DNA from: Armatimonadota bacterium
Lineage (GTDB): Bacteria > Armatimonadota > Zipacnadia > Zipacnadales > Zipacnadaceae
DNA length: 64,000 nt
Direction of reading: 5' to 3'
Assembly: GCA_036504235.1 (NCBI GenBank)
Contig: DASXVN010000005.1
Location: 76,497 to 140,496, forward strand
Below, piece after piece: positions 9,821-18,268 of this stretch (position 1 is the stretch's first letter; every line of letters starts with the position of its first letter). Both the position numbers and the translations under genes were made by a program. The notes under the pieces are model-generated. The model had not been told where the DNA came from and did no database searches. It saw only the letters and a list, made by a program, of their open reading frames with translations.

Positions 9821-11185
9821 ATGGGCACCTCGACGTCGTCGCGGGTACGGACGTTGGCGGTAGTACTGCTGATGAGTGGGTGGTTAGGGGTGGCGGTCTC
9901 GGTCGGCTGGGCGGGGATGGCCCAACAATCCCCGGTCTTCAGCGCCAAGGGCCAGGCGGTATACGAAGGGCCGCCGCCGGCGTTGGGCGCGCCCGGTCCC
10001 GACGGCCTGTCCCGGCCCCCCGGTCCCACCAATCTCCGGCTCTACACCACCGGCGGTCAGCCCTCGCCGGTCACGCGCGAGAAGACCGACGTAACTTTGG
10101 ACCTCGTGGCCAAGTACGGCGACGACAAGGACCAGGACCTGCGCCGGTACGAGGCGACCTTCAGCGGGCACTACGTGGTCCGCAACAAGAAGCAGGAGAA
10201 GGTCACCGTCAACGTCTTTTTCCCCTATCCCTCCAGCGCCGACACCATCCCCGGCGCGCGGGTGATGGTCGGCGGCCATGAGCCGGACGGGGCCAAGTAC
10301 ACCCACCAGGGCGTCCAGTGGGAGAGCAGCTTCGATCCGGAAGAGGCCAAGGATATCGTCATCGAGTACCGCGCCTTCGGCACCGAGGACTTCTCCTACA
10401 TGCTGGACCGCGACGAGCGCCTCGGGGAACTCAGCTTTAAGCTCGCGGTAACCGGGACCGAACGCCGGCCTGAGCTGCCCGCGCGCGTCTGCCTGGAGCC
10501 CAGCGGCCCGCTGACCCGGACGGCGGACGGCTGGCACGCCGAGTGGGTTTACACCAACCTGCTGACCACGCGGGACATCGTCATTGTGATTCCGCCCCGC
10601 CTGATGGGAAGCAACCTCGCCTTGTTCTCGAGCCGGCTGGTCTGGGCCGGCCTCCTCACGGTGATCCTGTTCGGTTTGGTTCTGTTCACCGGCGCGGTGG
10701 TCGCCCGGCGGCCCCTGGGCGTCGGCCAGTTTCTGCTGATCGTCCTGGCGCTGGTCACCTTCTACCCGGTCTTGCTGTATATGTCGCAGTATCTGCCCGT
10801 GGCGGCGGCCTTCTGGATCTCCTACCTGGCGGTGAGCGGGCTGGTGCTGGCGAATCTGCGGCGGGGGCAGGGGCTAAGCTTTGCCCTGCGCTATGGCGGC
10901 TTTGCCCTGGTGGTGCTGCTGGGCCTCTCGACCGCGGCCGCTCTGGCCACCAAGGGCTCGGGCGCGCTGGTGACCGTGGGCTGGCTGCTGCTGGTTGGCT
11001 ACATCATGTCCGTGGCGCCGGGCGTGGCCGCGGCGATCAAGGCCGCGCGGCCGCCGCTGCCTCCCGCCCCGCCGCCCCCGGCTCCGCGCCCCTCTCGCCC
11101 GGTCGCCCCGCAACCCGGCGACGCCGGTGCGGCGGAGGAGCCTCGCCCGGCCTCCGCAGAGGCCTCCGAACCAGCGTCACCCTAG
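9821..11185 (+). CDS. CreD-family inner-membrane protein (cell-envelope integrity protein CreD-like).
   Basis: N-terminal TM helix, a ~250-aa extracytoplasmic domain, then five TM helices. The segment 'GQFLLIVLALVTFYPVLLYMSQYLPVAAAFWISYL' aligns with E. coli CreD 'MQYLLVGLSLVMFYLLLLALSEHIGFTVAWIIASL'. Pro-rich C-tail. RBS 'AAAGGA'. Confidence 0.5.
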   Translation: MGTSTSSRVRTLAVVLLMSGWLGVAVSVGWAGMAQQSPVFSAKGQAVYEGPPPALGAPGPDGLSRPPGPTNLRLYTTGGQPSPVTREKTDVTLDLVAKYGDDKDQDLRRYEATFSGHYVVRNKKQEKVTVNVFFPYPSSADTIPGARVMVGGHEPDGAKYTHQGVQWESSFDPEEAKDIVIEYRAFGTEDFSYMLDRDERLGELSFKLAVTGTERRPELPARVCLEPSGPLTRTADGWHAEWVYTNLLTTRDIVIVIPPRLMGSNLALFSSRLVWAGLLTVILFGLVLFTGAVVARRPLGVGQFLLIVLALVTFYPVLLYMSQYLPVAAAFWISYLAVSGLVLANLRRGQGLSFALRYGGFALVVLLGLSTAAALATKGSGALVTVGWLLLVGYIMSVAPGVAAAIKAARPPLPPAPPPPAPRPSRPVAPQPGDAGAAEEPRPASAEASEPASP

Positions 11186-11217
11186 CGCCCACCCAGCGGA
11201 CAGGAGTGCGCCGCTTT

Positions 11218-11961
11218 ATGCCCCAGACTGCGCTGGACTACATTGCCTCGCTCCGCGCGGAGGGCCACCGCGATGCAGATATCGCTGCGGCCCTGCGCGG
11301 CGGCGGGTGGACCCGGTGGCAGGTGCGCTACCTGCTGCGCGGAACAGTGCCGCCGGCCGCTGCGCCAGCCCGGCGGTGGCTGACCCGGACCCTGGTGTTC
11401 CTGGGGCTGCTTGGGTTGGCGCTGGTCGTGATCGCCGGGCTCTTGCGGGTCAGCGCGGAGCGCACCCTCGCGGCGCCCCCCGCCCACCCGCTGCTCCTGC
11501 CCCCCGGCGGCCTGGGGGACATGCCGCCCTCCACCAGCCGGGCACCGTGTCTGGCGCAGGTCCAGCGGCTGATGGTCGCGCAGTTGGCTTACGCCACTGA
11601 CCACGAGAACCGCTTCCCCTGTCCCCGGGACTGGAAGTTGAACCTGCGCGAGTATGGGGTCCCCGAGTCCGACTTCTGGTGCCCCGACGATGCCCGCCGC
11701 CGGCAGTGGTTCCTGGCCAGCTATGCCATGAACCAAGTCTGCGACGGAAGGTGGGGGATAGGTCCCGGTGATCCTCACCTGGTGCTGCTCTTCGACAGCG
11801 AGATGACCTCCGGCGGCCCGGAGTGCGCTCGCTTCCGCCATGATGACGGGGCGAACGTCGGCTTCGCGGACGGCCACTGCGCCTGGCGCTATCCGAGCGA
11901 CTTCAAGCTCGAGCGGTTCACCCCCCAAAGGCCGCGGAAAGTGTGGTGGCAGGACGGATGA
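11218..11961 (+). CDS. DUF1559 (H-X9-DG) pseudopilin-like domain protein. It lacks a prepilin leader; instead it has a cytoplasmic N-terminal domain and a single TM helix.
   Basis: ATG 11218 follows RBS 'AGGAG'. The C-terminal 'FRHDDGANVGFADGHCAWRY' is the DUF1559 H-X9-DG motif. The TM helix is 'LVFLGLLGLALVVIAGLL'. The N-terminal 'ASLRAEGHRDADIAAALRGGGWTRWQVRYLL' is conserved with the next gene. The ORF-track entry 10543..11961 is an upstream extension that overlaps the CreD-like gene. Confidence 0.6.
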   Translation: MPQTALDYIASLRAEGHRDADIAAALRGGGWTRWQVRYLLRGTVPPAAAPARRWLTRTLVFLGLLGLALVVIAGLLRVSAERTLAAPPAHPLLLPPGGLGDMPPSTSRAPCLAQVQRLMVAQLAYATDHENRFPCPRDWKLNLREYGVPESDFWCPDDARRRQWFLASYAMNQVCDGRWGIGPGDPHLVLLFDSEMTSGGPECARFRHDDGANVGFADGHCAWRYPSDFKLERFTPQRPRKVWWQDG

Positions 11962-13577
11962 CCGACCGCCTCGCCGAGGCTCGGGAATACCTAGCTTCTC
12001 TCCGCGCCCAGGGCCACCGTGACGCGGAGATTGCCCGCGCGCTTCGGAAGGCCGGCTGGACGCGAGCCGAGACGCGCGAGTTGCTGCACCCAGCACCGCC
12101 CAACTCGCTGGAATCGGGGACCGCTGAGGTTCGGCTCTCGCCGCCCGCGGTGGCCGAGTTTTCCCGGTGGCGGGGCTGCCTGTTAGGCCTCTCTCTGTTT
12201 GTCGTTGCGGCGCTAGTGCTCTACTCCATCGCTGCGCGCCCTCCCCGAGTTGCCTCCTCGAGCGTGTGCTTGAGCAACGTCAAGCAGCTGCTGCTCGGTT
12301 CGCTGATGTACGCCTCGGACAACGACGAACACTTTCCCCCGGCGCCCGACTGGCCGGAACGGATTTACCCGTATGTGAAGAACGCTTTGATCTATGACTG
12401 CCCCAACGACAAGTCTCCCCGCCACTATTCCGAGACCATTCGGCAACTGAGCTACACCATGAATATGGGGGCTAACCAGCTTTCCACCAAGGCCATCTCT
12501 CGGCCGGTCGAGCTGGGGGTGCTTTTTGATGGCGCCCAGGTTTGCGGCGGCTCGGAGGCTGCGGCCTTTCGCCACAACGAGGGCGCCAATGTGGGCTTCG
12601 CGGATGGCCACGCGAAGTGGCTGTCGCAGACGCAGTTCGCCCAAGTTCCGCTGCAGTACCCGACCACGGGTGGGGTAGTCGCTGAGGCCACTCCGAACCT
12701 GCCCTCGGTTGGCGCGCTTCCGACGGAAGGTAATGACGACCCCACCGAGAGGTATGACATGGTTACGGGCATGTACAAGGCCCGCCCTCGCTACCCCTCC
12801 TCCTCGTCTGACCAGATCCGCGCCAGCGTCGGCATTGAAAGCCCGGACTCCGCCTACTTCGACGAGCGCTTCACCGCAACCGCGCACGGCAGCTACACCC
12901 TCTCGGAGGACTTGCGCCGCCTGATTCGCTCCGGCAAAGCGCAACTGAAGGAGAGCTACGAGTGGGAGGGCACGATCGTCATCGAGGGGCAGCCGCAGCC
13001 GCGAACGCAGACGGTGAGCTGCCGCCTGCTGGCGCGGGACTCGTTCGGCAGCGGGGACGAGCGGGACCTTGTGCCCGGCTTGTGGGTTGCCTACGTGGTC
13101 GCAGTGCGGATGCCGGATGGCGCCTACCAATGGGCGCGGGCCGAAAATCATGTCGTGCCCCAGGGCTGGCGGTTCGGCATTCGCCCCGTCTCACCCAACT
13201 GGGCCAAGCGCGAGGATACGAGCGACCACTCGCCCGTCTACGGCAGCCAGATTCGCACCCCGGTGCGCTTTGAGGCCAAGGGCTTCCGCGACCCCGGCGA
13301 CGTGATCACCTCAGGCCTCAAGTGGGAATGGAACTTCGATGATGGCACTACCGCCACGGGCAACCCGGTCAGCCACACCTTCAAACAGTGCGGCGACTAC
13401 GACGTCTATATCCGCGCGACCTACCAGGGTCGGGTCGCGGAGTACGTGACGACGGTCCTCATCAACAGCAACGACGAGGATGACCGCATTGTCGGCCGCG
13501 AGCACGACCCCCAGATGGCGCGGGATCGCCACAAGGCCATTGACCTGAACAATGGCTACTCCCCGCCGCGGAAGTAG
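11958..13577 (+). CDS. DUF1559 (H-X9-DG) domain protein, paralog of 11218..11961, with the same N-terminal cytoplasmic domain and TM helix plus a C-terminal PKD domain.
   Basis: Its ATG (11958-11960) overlaps the upstream TGA (11959-11961) as 'ATGA'. Domains: 'EYLASLRAQGHRDAEIARALRKAGWTRAETRELL', TM 'LLGLSLFVVAALVLYSIAA', 'CLSNVKQLLLGSLMYASDNDEHFPP', 'AAFRHNEGANVGFADGHAKWLS', and PKD-like 'LKWEWNFDDGTTATGNPVSHTFKQCGDYDVYIRATYQG'. Confidence 0.6.
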   Translation: MTDRLAEAREYLASLRAQGHRDAEIARALRKAGWTRAETRELLHPAPPNSLESGTAEVRLSPPAVAEFSRWRGCLLGLSLFVVAALVLYSIAARPPRVASSSVCLSNVKQLLLGSLMYASDNDEHFPPAPDWPERIYPYVKNALIYDCPNDKSPRHYSETIRQLSYTMNMGANQLSTKAISRPVELGVLFDGAQVCGGSEAAAFRHNEGANVGFADGHAKWLSQTQFAQVPLQYPTTGGVVAEATPNLPSVGALPTEGNDDPTERYDMVTGMYKARPRYPSSSSDQIRASVGIESPDSAYFDERFTATAHGSYTLSEDLRRLIRSGKAQLKESYEWEGTIVIEGQPQPRTQTVSCRLLARDSFGSGDERDLVPGLWVAYVVAVRMPDGAYQWARAENHVVPQGWRFGIRPVSPNWAKREDTSDHSPVYGSQIRTPVRFEAKGFRDPGDVITSGLKWEWNFDDGTTATGNPVSHTFKQCGDYDVYIRATYQGRVAEYVTTVLINSNDEDDRIVGREHDPQMARDRHKAIDLNNGYSPPRK

Positions 13578-13597
13578 CCGCTCGTGCGGGTCTCGGC

Positions 13598-14539
13598 TTA
13601 CCGGTGTGGCGGATCCAGCTTGGTCAGGCTCTGCCCGGTGACCGCATCTACGGTGATGACATAGGGATGCGGCGGCCACTCGGGGCGGGCGCCGTGGTTG
13701 TCCACGGTCACCAGCCACACCGGACCGTCGTCGCCCGGGGGCCGCGGAGGGGTCCAGGCAAAGTTGAGCACCAGCCGGGATTCGCTGAGGTCCACGATAT
13801 CATCGGCCCGAGCGACGGACTGCACCTGCTGCAGCGCCGTCTGCTCGGCGTCCTGCTGGCGGACCCGCGCCTCATATAGCTCGTGGTGCTCCACCGGCGT
13901 GGCGCGAGCGATCATGTCGAGCTTCCCCGTCTCCAGAGAGACGTTGCCGGAGACCCAGGTACCCGTCACTACCCCGGGCTTCACCACCCGTTCCCAGCGG
14001 AAGGAGCGCAGGGGAGCATCGGGTGGGGTATAGGTCTTGTCGTTCGCCAGTTGCAGCCCCTCCGGCCAGCGGCCGAAAGCCCGCCGATAGGTTCGCCGGA
14101 CCAGAGCCTCCGCCTCCGCTTGCGTGCAGTTGCGGTGCGTGGCGGGGGCGCCCTGGCCGCCCAGCCACGATATCAGACTCAGGCTCTTGCCGTCCGGCGC
14201 GAAGCTCACCAGGACCCGGCGCCGTTGCGGCGACCCGCCCTGGGGGGTGTCGTCCACGTCCACCTCCAGCCACGGCGGCGACTCGGACCCCGGCTGCGGC
14301 CAGTCCTGGAAGGCCGGCTTGACCTGGAAGGGCCGCACCCCCAGGGCGCGCGCGACTACGTCCGGGGGCGTGTCGCCCGTGATCGGCAGCGGCAGGTAGC
14401 TGAGGGTGCGGTACACGACCAGCACCAGCAGTCCCAGAGCCAGCAGGACGATTAGGAGCATGAGCGGCACGGTGACGCGCAATCGGGTCGCCGGGCGCGC
14501 CGGGCTGGTCTCCGCCGGGGACGGGAGCGGGGTCGTCAT
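13598..14539 (-). CDS. Hypothetical membrane-anchored protein (Pro/Thr-rich N-terminus, one TM helix, ~250-aa extracytoplasmic domain).
   Basis: ATG at 14539 ('MTTPLPSP...'); the ORF track begins at an upstream GTG (14557). TM helix 'LMLLIVLLALGLLVLVVY'. No recognisable catalytic motif. Confidence 0.35.
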   Translation of the reverse strand: MTTPLPSPAETSPARPATRLRVTVPLMLLIVLLALGLLVLVVYRTLSYLPLPITGDTPPDVVARALGVRPFQVKPAFQDWPQPGSESPPWLEVDVDDTPQGGSPQRRRVLVSFAPDGKSLSLISWLGGQGAPATHRNCTQAEAEALVRRTYRRAFGRWPEGLQLANDKTYTPPDAPLRSFRWERVVKPGVVTGTWVSGNVSLETGKLDMIARATPVEHHELYEARVRQQDAEQTALQQVQSVARADDIVDLSESRLVLNFAWTPPRPPGDDGPVWLVTVDNHGARPEWPPHPYVITVDAVTGQSLTKLDPPHR

Positions 14540-14718
14540 GGCAGGGTCACCTCTCACGGGAGTTGCGGACCACGGCCGAACGCGGGGTCCTTCGCCGCTT
14601 GCCCCGCTTTCCCCTTTTGGGGCCCGTGCAGGTCCGCGGGGCCGGCAGAGAGAATCCGCTTAGGATGCATCTCAGGAGCTGGACTCCAGGTGAATAGGCG
14701 TCACGAAGGAGCGACTAC

Positions 14719-17700
14719 ATGAAACGTCTCATGCTGGTGGTGCTGCTGTCCCTGCTTGCCGTCTCCGCTTTCGCCGCTCCGACGACGCCGGCGGACCGCT
14801 CGCTGCTGGTCGTCGCCACCTACATCGGAGGGGCCGACTTTTTCGAGTTGCCGCTCATTCAGGTCCTGCTCAAACAGGGCTGGCACGTCCAGCGCGCCGA
14901 TATTACCGAGGTGAAGGAGCCGCTGCTCAAGCAGTTCCAGGTGGTGGTCATCACCGACGCCACCCGGCTGGACCCCGCGGCGGCCCAGCTTGACGCCATG
15001 GCGGGCACCCGGCCGATGATCGAAGGCCTCAGCCGGACGCTTTCCTCCTATGTGGAGGAGGGCGGCAACCTGTGGATTTTCGCCCGCTCCTCCAACCACA
15101 TGGGCAGCCCCGACGCGCTGAACGCCATGAACGTGATCCTCGAGCCCTGGGACGCGCAAGTCGCCCACGAGATGATCCGCGATCCGCAGCACGAGTCCAA
15201 TCAACTCCGCTACTGGCGGTACCGCTACTTCTACACCAACGCCATTACCAAAGACCCCCTGACCGAGGGCGTCACCGGTATCTGGTCGCCCAATCAGATC
15301 ATGGTGGGAATCACCTCGCCGCTGACGGTAGGCAAGGAGTGGACGCCGCTGATCCGCGGCATGAAGGGCTCCGGCTCGGACCAGGTGGTCAGCGACAACG
15401 GCTACCCCTTCGACAACGGCAAGCCGGGCCAGCAGAAGGAGGGCGTCATCGCCGCCGTTCGTACACTAGGGCAGGGCCGCATTCTGCTGACCGGATGGTG
15501 TCCCACTATCCCGGCCTTTGGCTTCAACCACGTCGTCTGGGACGACCTCATGCCCAGCGCGGGTCTTGCGGGCAAGAAGAGCGACTGGCTGACCTTCTTC
15601 ACTCGTTCCCTGGCGGTTCTCGCCGACGGGGCCAAGAACGTGGGCGGCTACGCGGGCGCCCCGGTGGTGCGCACGGAGCCTCCCCCCTCGATTATCCGCG
15701 ACTGGGACGCCGTCAAGCCGGGGGTGCCCAACCAGCCGCTATTCAAGGGCATCATCGGCGCCTCCACCAGCCTCTCTGACGGTACGGGCACGGTGGCCGA
15801 CTACGTGAAAGTGGCCCAGGAGATGGGCCTGAACTGGGTCGTCTTCACCGAGGACCTGCAGAAGATCACCGAGGATGGGTTCAAGCAACTGGTCGCCCAG
15901 TGCCAGGCCGCCTCCAGTGAGGACTTCGCCGCCATTCCGGGCCTCAAGTACCTGGAGGTCAACAACAACCACAAGATCATCGTCGGCCCCACCTGCTGGC
16001 CCAAGGCGAGCAAGTTGCACCTGCCCGACAAGACCATCTACGACCCGGTTTTCCTGTGGTTCGAGAGCGGCGTGCCCCTGCACCTGTACTACGACATGAA
16101 GGACAACGCCTACCCGGCCTACACTTATCGCGGGTACAACGCCATGGCGGTGGTGAGTTTCGACGAGGGCAAGCAGATCGAGGACGCGACCGCCGCTTAT
16201 CTGGACAACAATCATCACTGCGACCTGCTCACCCCGGTCGCGGTGAATCTGATGCGCTCGCCTGCGGCGCTGCGGACTTGCAGCTTTTACTACTACGCGC
16301 CCGCCAACAAGCTCGCCGACTGGGTGAAGGACGTGGGTCGCGAGTACCCCCGCTACGGCGGCTGGGGGCAGGGGTTCATCTCCTCAGGACCGCGCATCCG
16401 GCAGTGGGAGGCGGTCAACGGCCACCGCTTCACCGCCGGGCGCTGGTACGTGCCCGGCACCGAGCGCTGGCGCGTGGCGCTCCGCTGCGAGGCGGACGTG
16501 CCGCTCCAGACCGTGGAAATCCTGGAGAACCAGCAGGTCATCCGTACCTACCGGCCGACCGGTACTAGCTTTGAGGTCTACCTGGACGAGCTCCACGACC
16601 GCCAGAAGGTCCTGGTCGCGCGCGTGACCGACCAGAACGGCAACTGGGCCCTGACCGGCGGGATCACGCTCGACGACGGGCTGTACCGGCAGTTCCTGTG
16701 CAGCGACCGCCAGAACTACATGAGCGGCCAGCAGGACACCCGCACCGCCGACGACAAGTACGTAACCATCGGCGCTACCGGGATGATCGACAAGGACACC
16801 CGCGCGGGGTTCGGTAACGTGCAGACCTCCGACTCGCGCGCCCTCAATCCCTACGGCGTGGACGGGGGCTACGGCAACACCTTCTCGATGGGCAACCCCG
16901 TGCAGGTGCGCGGCAAGACCTGGGACTGCTACCCCTACGCGGTCTATCACCAGGGCTTCCGCTACTGCTCGCGCGACGCGATCATCTTCGACGAGCAGTA
17001 CACCCACCGCGCCGCCCCGGACTCGCCGGCCTGGCCCTCGCTGGAGAACCCCTGGCAGGCCCTGGACCCGCAGCGCTACTTCCAGGCGACGGTGACCGGC
17101 TACTACTTCCCCCACCAGTTCGGCGGCATTTCGCCCACGCTGGTGGATTACGACCTCAGCTTCGATCGCCAGCTTGATCTGAGCCGGGTCTGCAACCCGA
17201 ATATGGGCAAGTGGATCTTCTGGACGCACCGGCTGGGCTTCCACCATCCCGAGTTCCACTGGAAGACCGACCGGGTGCCGCTGAAGGGCTTTGTAGGCTG
17301 GGACACGCCGCCGACCAACGTCTACAGCGACAACTTCCCGGCGCTCAACCTGGCGACCCATGAGGGCGAGGTAGACACGGGCGTGGAGGATGTCTGCTCC
17401 CTCGTCAGCCCCGACGGCCAGACGACGACCCTGAAGGCCGGCCCCGACGCCGCGCATCCCGCGGTGTGGCAGGGGACGATGCAGCCCGGCCAGTTCCTCT
17501 CGCTCTATCCCAACCCCGCCGGCGCCGGCGGCTTCTTCCTGCTCAACGGAGACTTCCAGGCCCGCATCGAGCTGGGCTACGACTGGAAGCGCATCTATAC
17601 GGGCCTGTACGACCTGCGGTCCTTCGCGCCCGGCGACCAGTACAACGCCCGGCTGCTGCTCTTCCAGAGCAAGCTGCGCGACACCGATCCGGTCAAGTCC

Positions 17701-18210
17701 TGGACGGCCTTCCGCGATGCCTGGGGTGTCGCCGGTAAGGCCCCCGCGTACGGCCCCAAGCTCACCCGCGGGAAGGTCCTCGACACCCGCTACCTGCTGC
17801 GCCTGCAGGCGCAGGACGGGGCGGTCGTCGCCACCCTCGGCCAGGCCGATCTGGGCCAGCGGCTCCCGTTGGAGATCAACGGACTCAGCGACCACTGCAC
17901 CGCGGGCATCGTCAACAATACCCGCAAAGAATGGCTCCCCGTCGGCGTCGTGAACGGCCAGGCCTACGCCACCCTCGACACCCAGCCAGGCAGCAGCGAC
18001 GTCTACGTCGGCAACCTGGTCGCGTGCAGCCAGCCCGATTTATGGGTCACGGTGCTGCCGGTGGGGGAGGGCTTTGTGGTGGATGTCCACAATCCGACCG
18101 CGCAGGCGGTCAGCGCCACGGTGACGGCGCCGGAGGGCCTGTGGATGATCAAAGCCGGAACGAAAGCCGTAGACGTGCCCGCCGGAACCACGGTGCGGGT
18201 GGTCTGGTAA
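14719..18210 (+). CDS. Large secreted hypothetical protein (1163 aa) with an N-terminal class-I glutamine-amidotransferase-like module of the ThuA / GH42-trimerisation type. Possible glycan-active enzyme.
   Basis: Signal peptide 'MKRLMLVVLLSLLAVSAFAAP'. 'SLLVVATYIGGADFF...QVVVITDA' and 'GQGRILLTGWCP' resemble GATase1-like folds. RBS 'AAGGAG'. Confidence 0.45.
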   Translation: MKRLMLVVLLSLLAVSAFAAPTTPADRSLLVVATYIGGADFFELPLIQVLLKQGWHVQRADITEVKEPLLKQFQVVVITDATRLDPAAAQLDAMAGTRPMIEGLSRTLSSYVEEGGNLWIFARSSNHMGSPDALNAMNVILEPWDAQVAHEMIRDPQHESNQLRYWRYRYFYTNAITKDPLTEGVTGIWSPNQIMVGITSPLTVGKEWTPLIRGMKGSGSDQVVSDNGYPFDNGKPGQQKEGVIAAVRTLGQGRILLTGWCPTIPAFGFNHVVWDDLMPSAGLAGKKSDWLTFFTRSLAVLADGAKNVGGYAGAPVVRTEPPPSIIRDWDAVKPGVPNQPLFKGIIGASTSLSDGTGTVADYVKVAQEMGLNWVVFTEDLQKITEDGFKQLVAQCQAASSEDFAAIPGLKYLEVNNNHKIIVGPTCWPKASKLHLPDKTIYDPVFLWFESGVPLHLYYDMKDNAYPAYTYRGYNAMAVVSFDEGKQIEDATAAYLDNNHHCDLLTPVAVNLMRSPAALRTCSFYYYAPANKLADWVKDVGREYPRYGGWGQGFISSGPRIRQWEAVNGHRFTAGRWYVPGTERWRVALRCEADVPLQTVEILENQQVIRTYRPTGTSFEVYLDELHDRQKVLVARVTDQNGNWALTGGITLDDGLYRQFLCSDRQNYMSGQQDTRTADDKYVTIGATGMIDKDTRAGFGNVQTSDSRALNPYGVDGGYGNTFSMGNPVQVRGKTWDCYPYAVYHQGFRYCSRDAIIFDEQYTHRAAPDSPAWPSLENPWQALDPQRYFQATVTGYYFPHQFGGISPTLVDYDLSFDRQLDLSRVCNPNMGKWIFWTHRLGFHHPEFHWKTDRVPLKGFVGWDTPPTNVYSDNFPALNLATHEGEVDTGVEDVCSLVSPDGQTTTLKAGPDAAHPAVWQGTMQPGQFLSLYPNPAGAGGFFLLNGDFQARIELGYDWKRIYTGLYDLRSFAPGDQYNARLLLFQSKLRDTDPVKSWTAFRDAWGVAGKAPAYGPKLTRGKVLDTRYLLRLQAQDGAVVATLGQADLGQRLPLEINGLSDHCTAGIVNNTRKEWLPVGVVNGQAYATLDTQPGSSDVYVGNLVACSQPDLWVTVLPVGEGFVVDVHNPTAQAVSATVTAPEGLWMIKAGTKAVDVPAGTTVRVVW

Positions 18211-18227
18211 AGGTAGGATAAGGTCCC

Positions 18228-18250
18228 GCGGCGCGGCCGCAGCGCGCCGC
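18228..18250 (+). terminator. GC-rich hairpin (8-bp stem 'GCGGCGCG'/'CGCGCCGC', 7-nt loop) between two co-directional genes. It has no U-tract, so it is an attenuator or RNA-stability element rather than a full terminator.
   Basis: The sequence 'GCGGCGCGgccgcagCGCGCCGC' lies 18 nt after stop 18208-18210 and 19 nt before ATG 18269. Confidence 0.3.
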
Positions 18251-18268
18251 ATAACTCTAGGAGGTACC

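Noticed and set aside
10543-11217. ORF-track entry 10543..11961, a 472-aa protein overlapping the CreD-like gene by ~640 nt.
   Set aside because: The first 225 codons are an out-of-frame read-through of the CreD-like gene (Arg/Gly-rich). The real DUF1559 gene starts at ATG 11218, preceded by 'AGGAG', 33 nt after the CreD-like stop.
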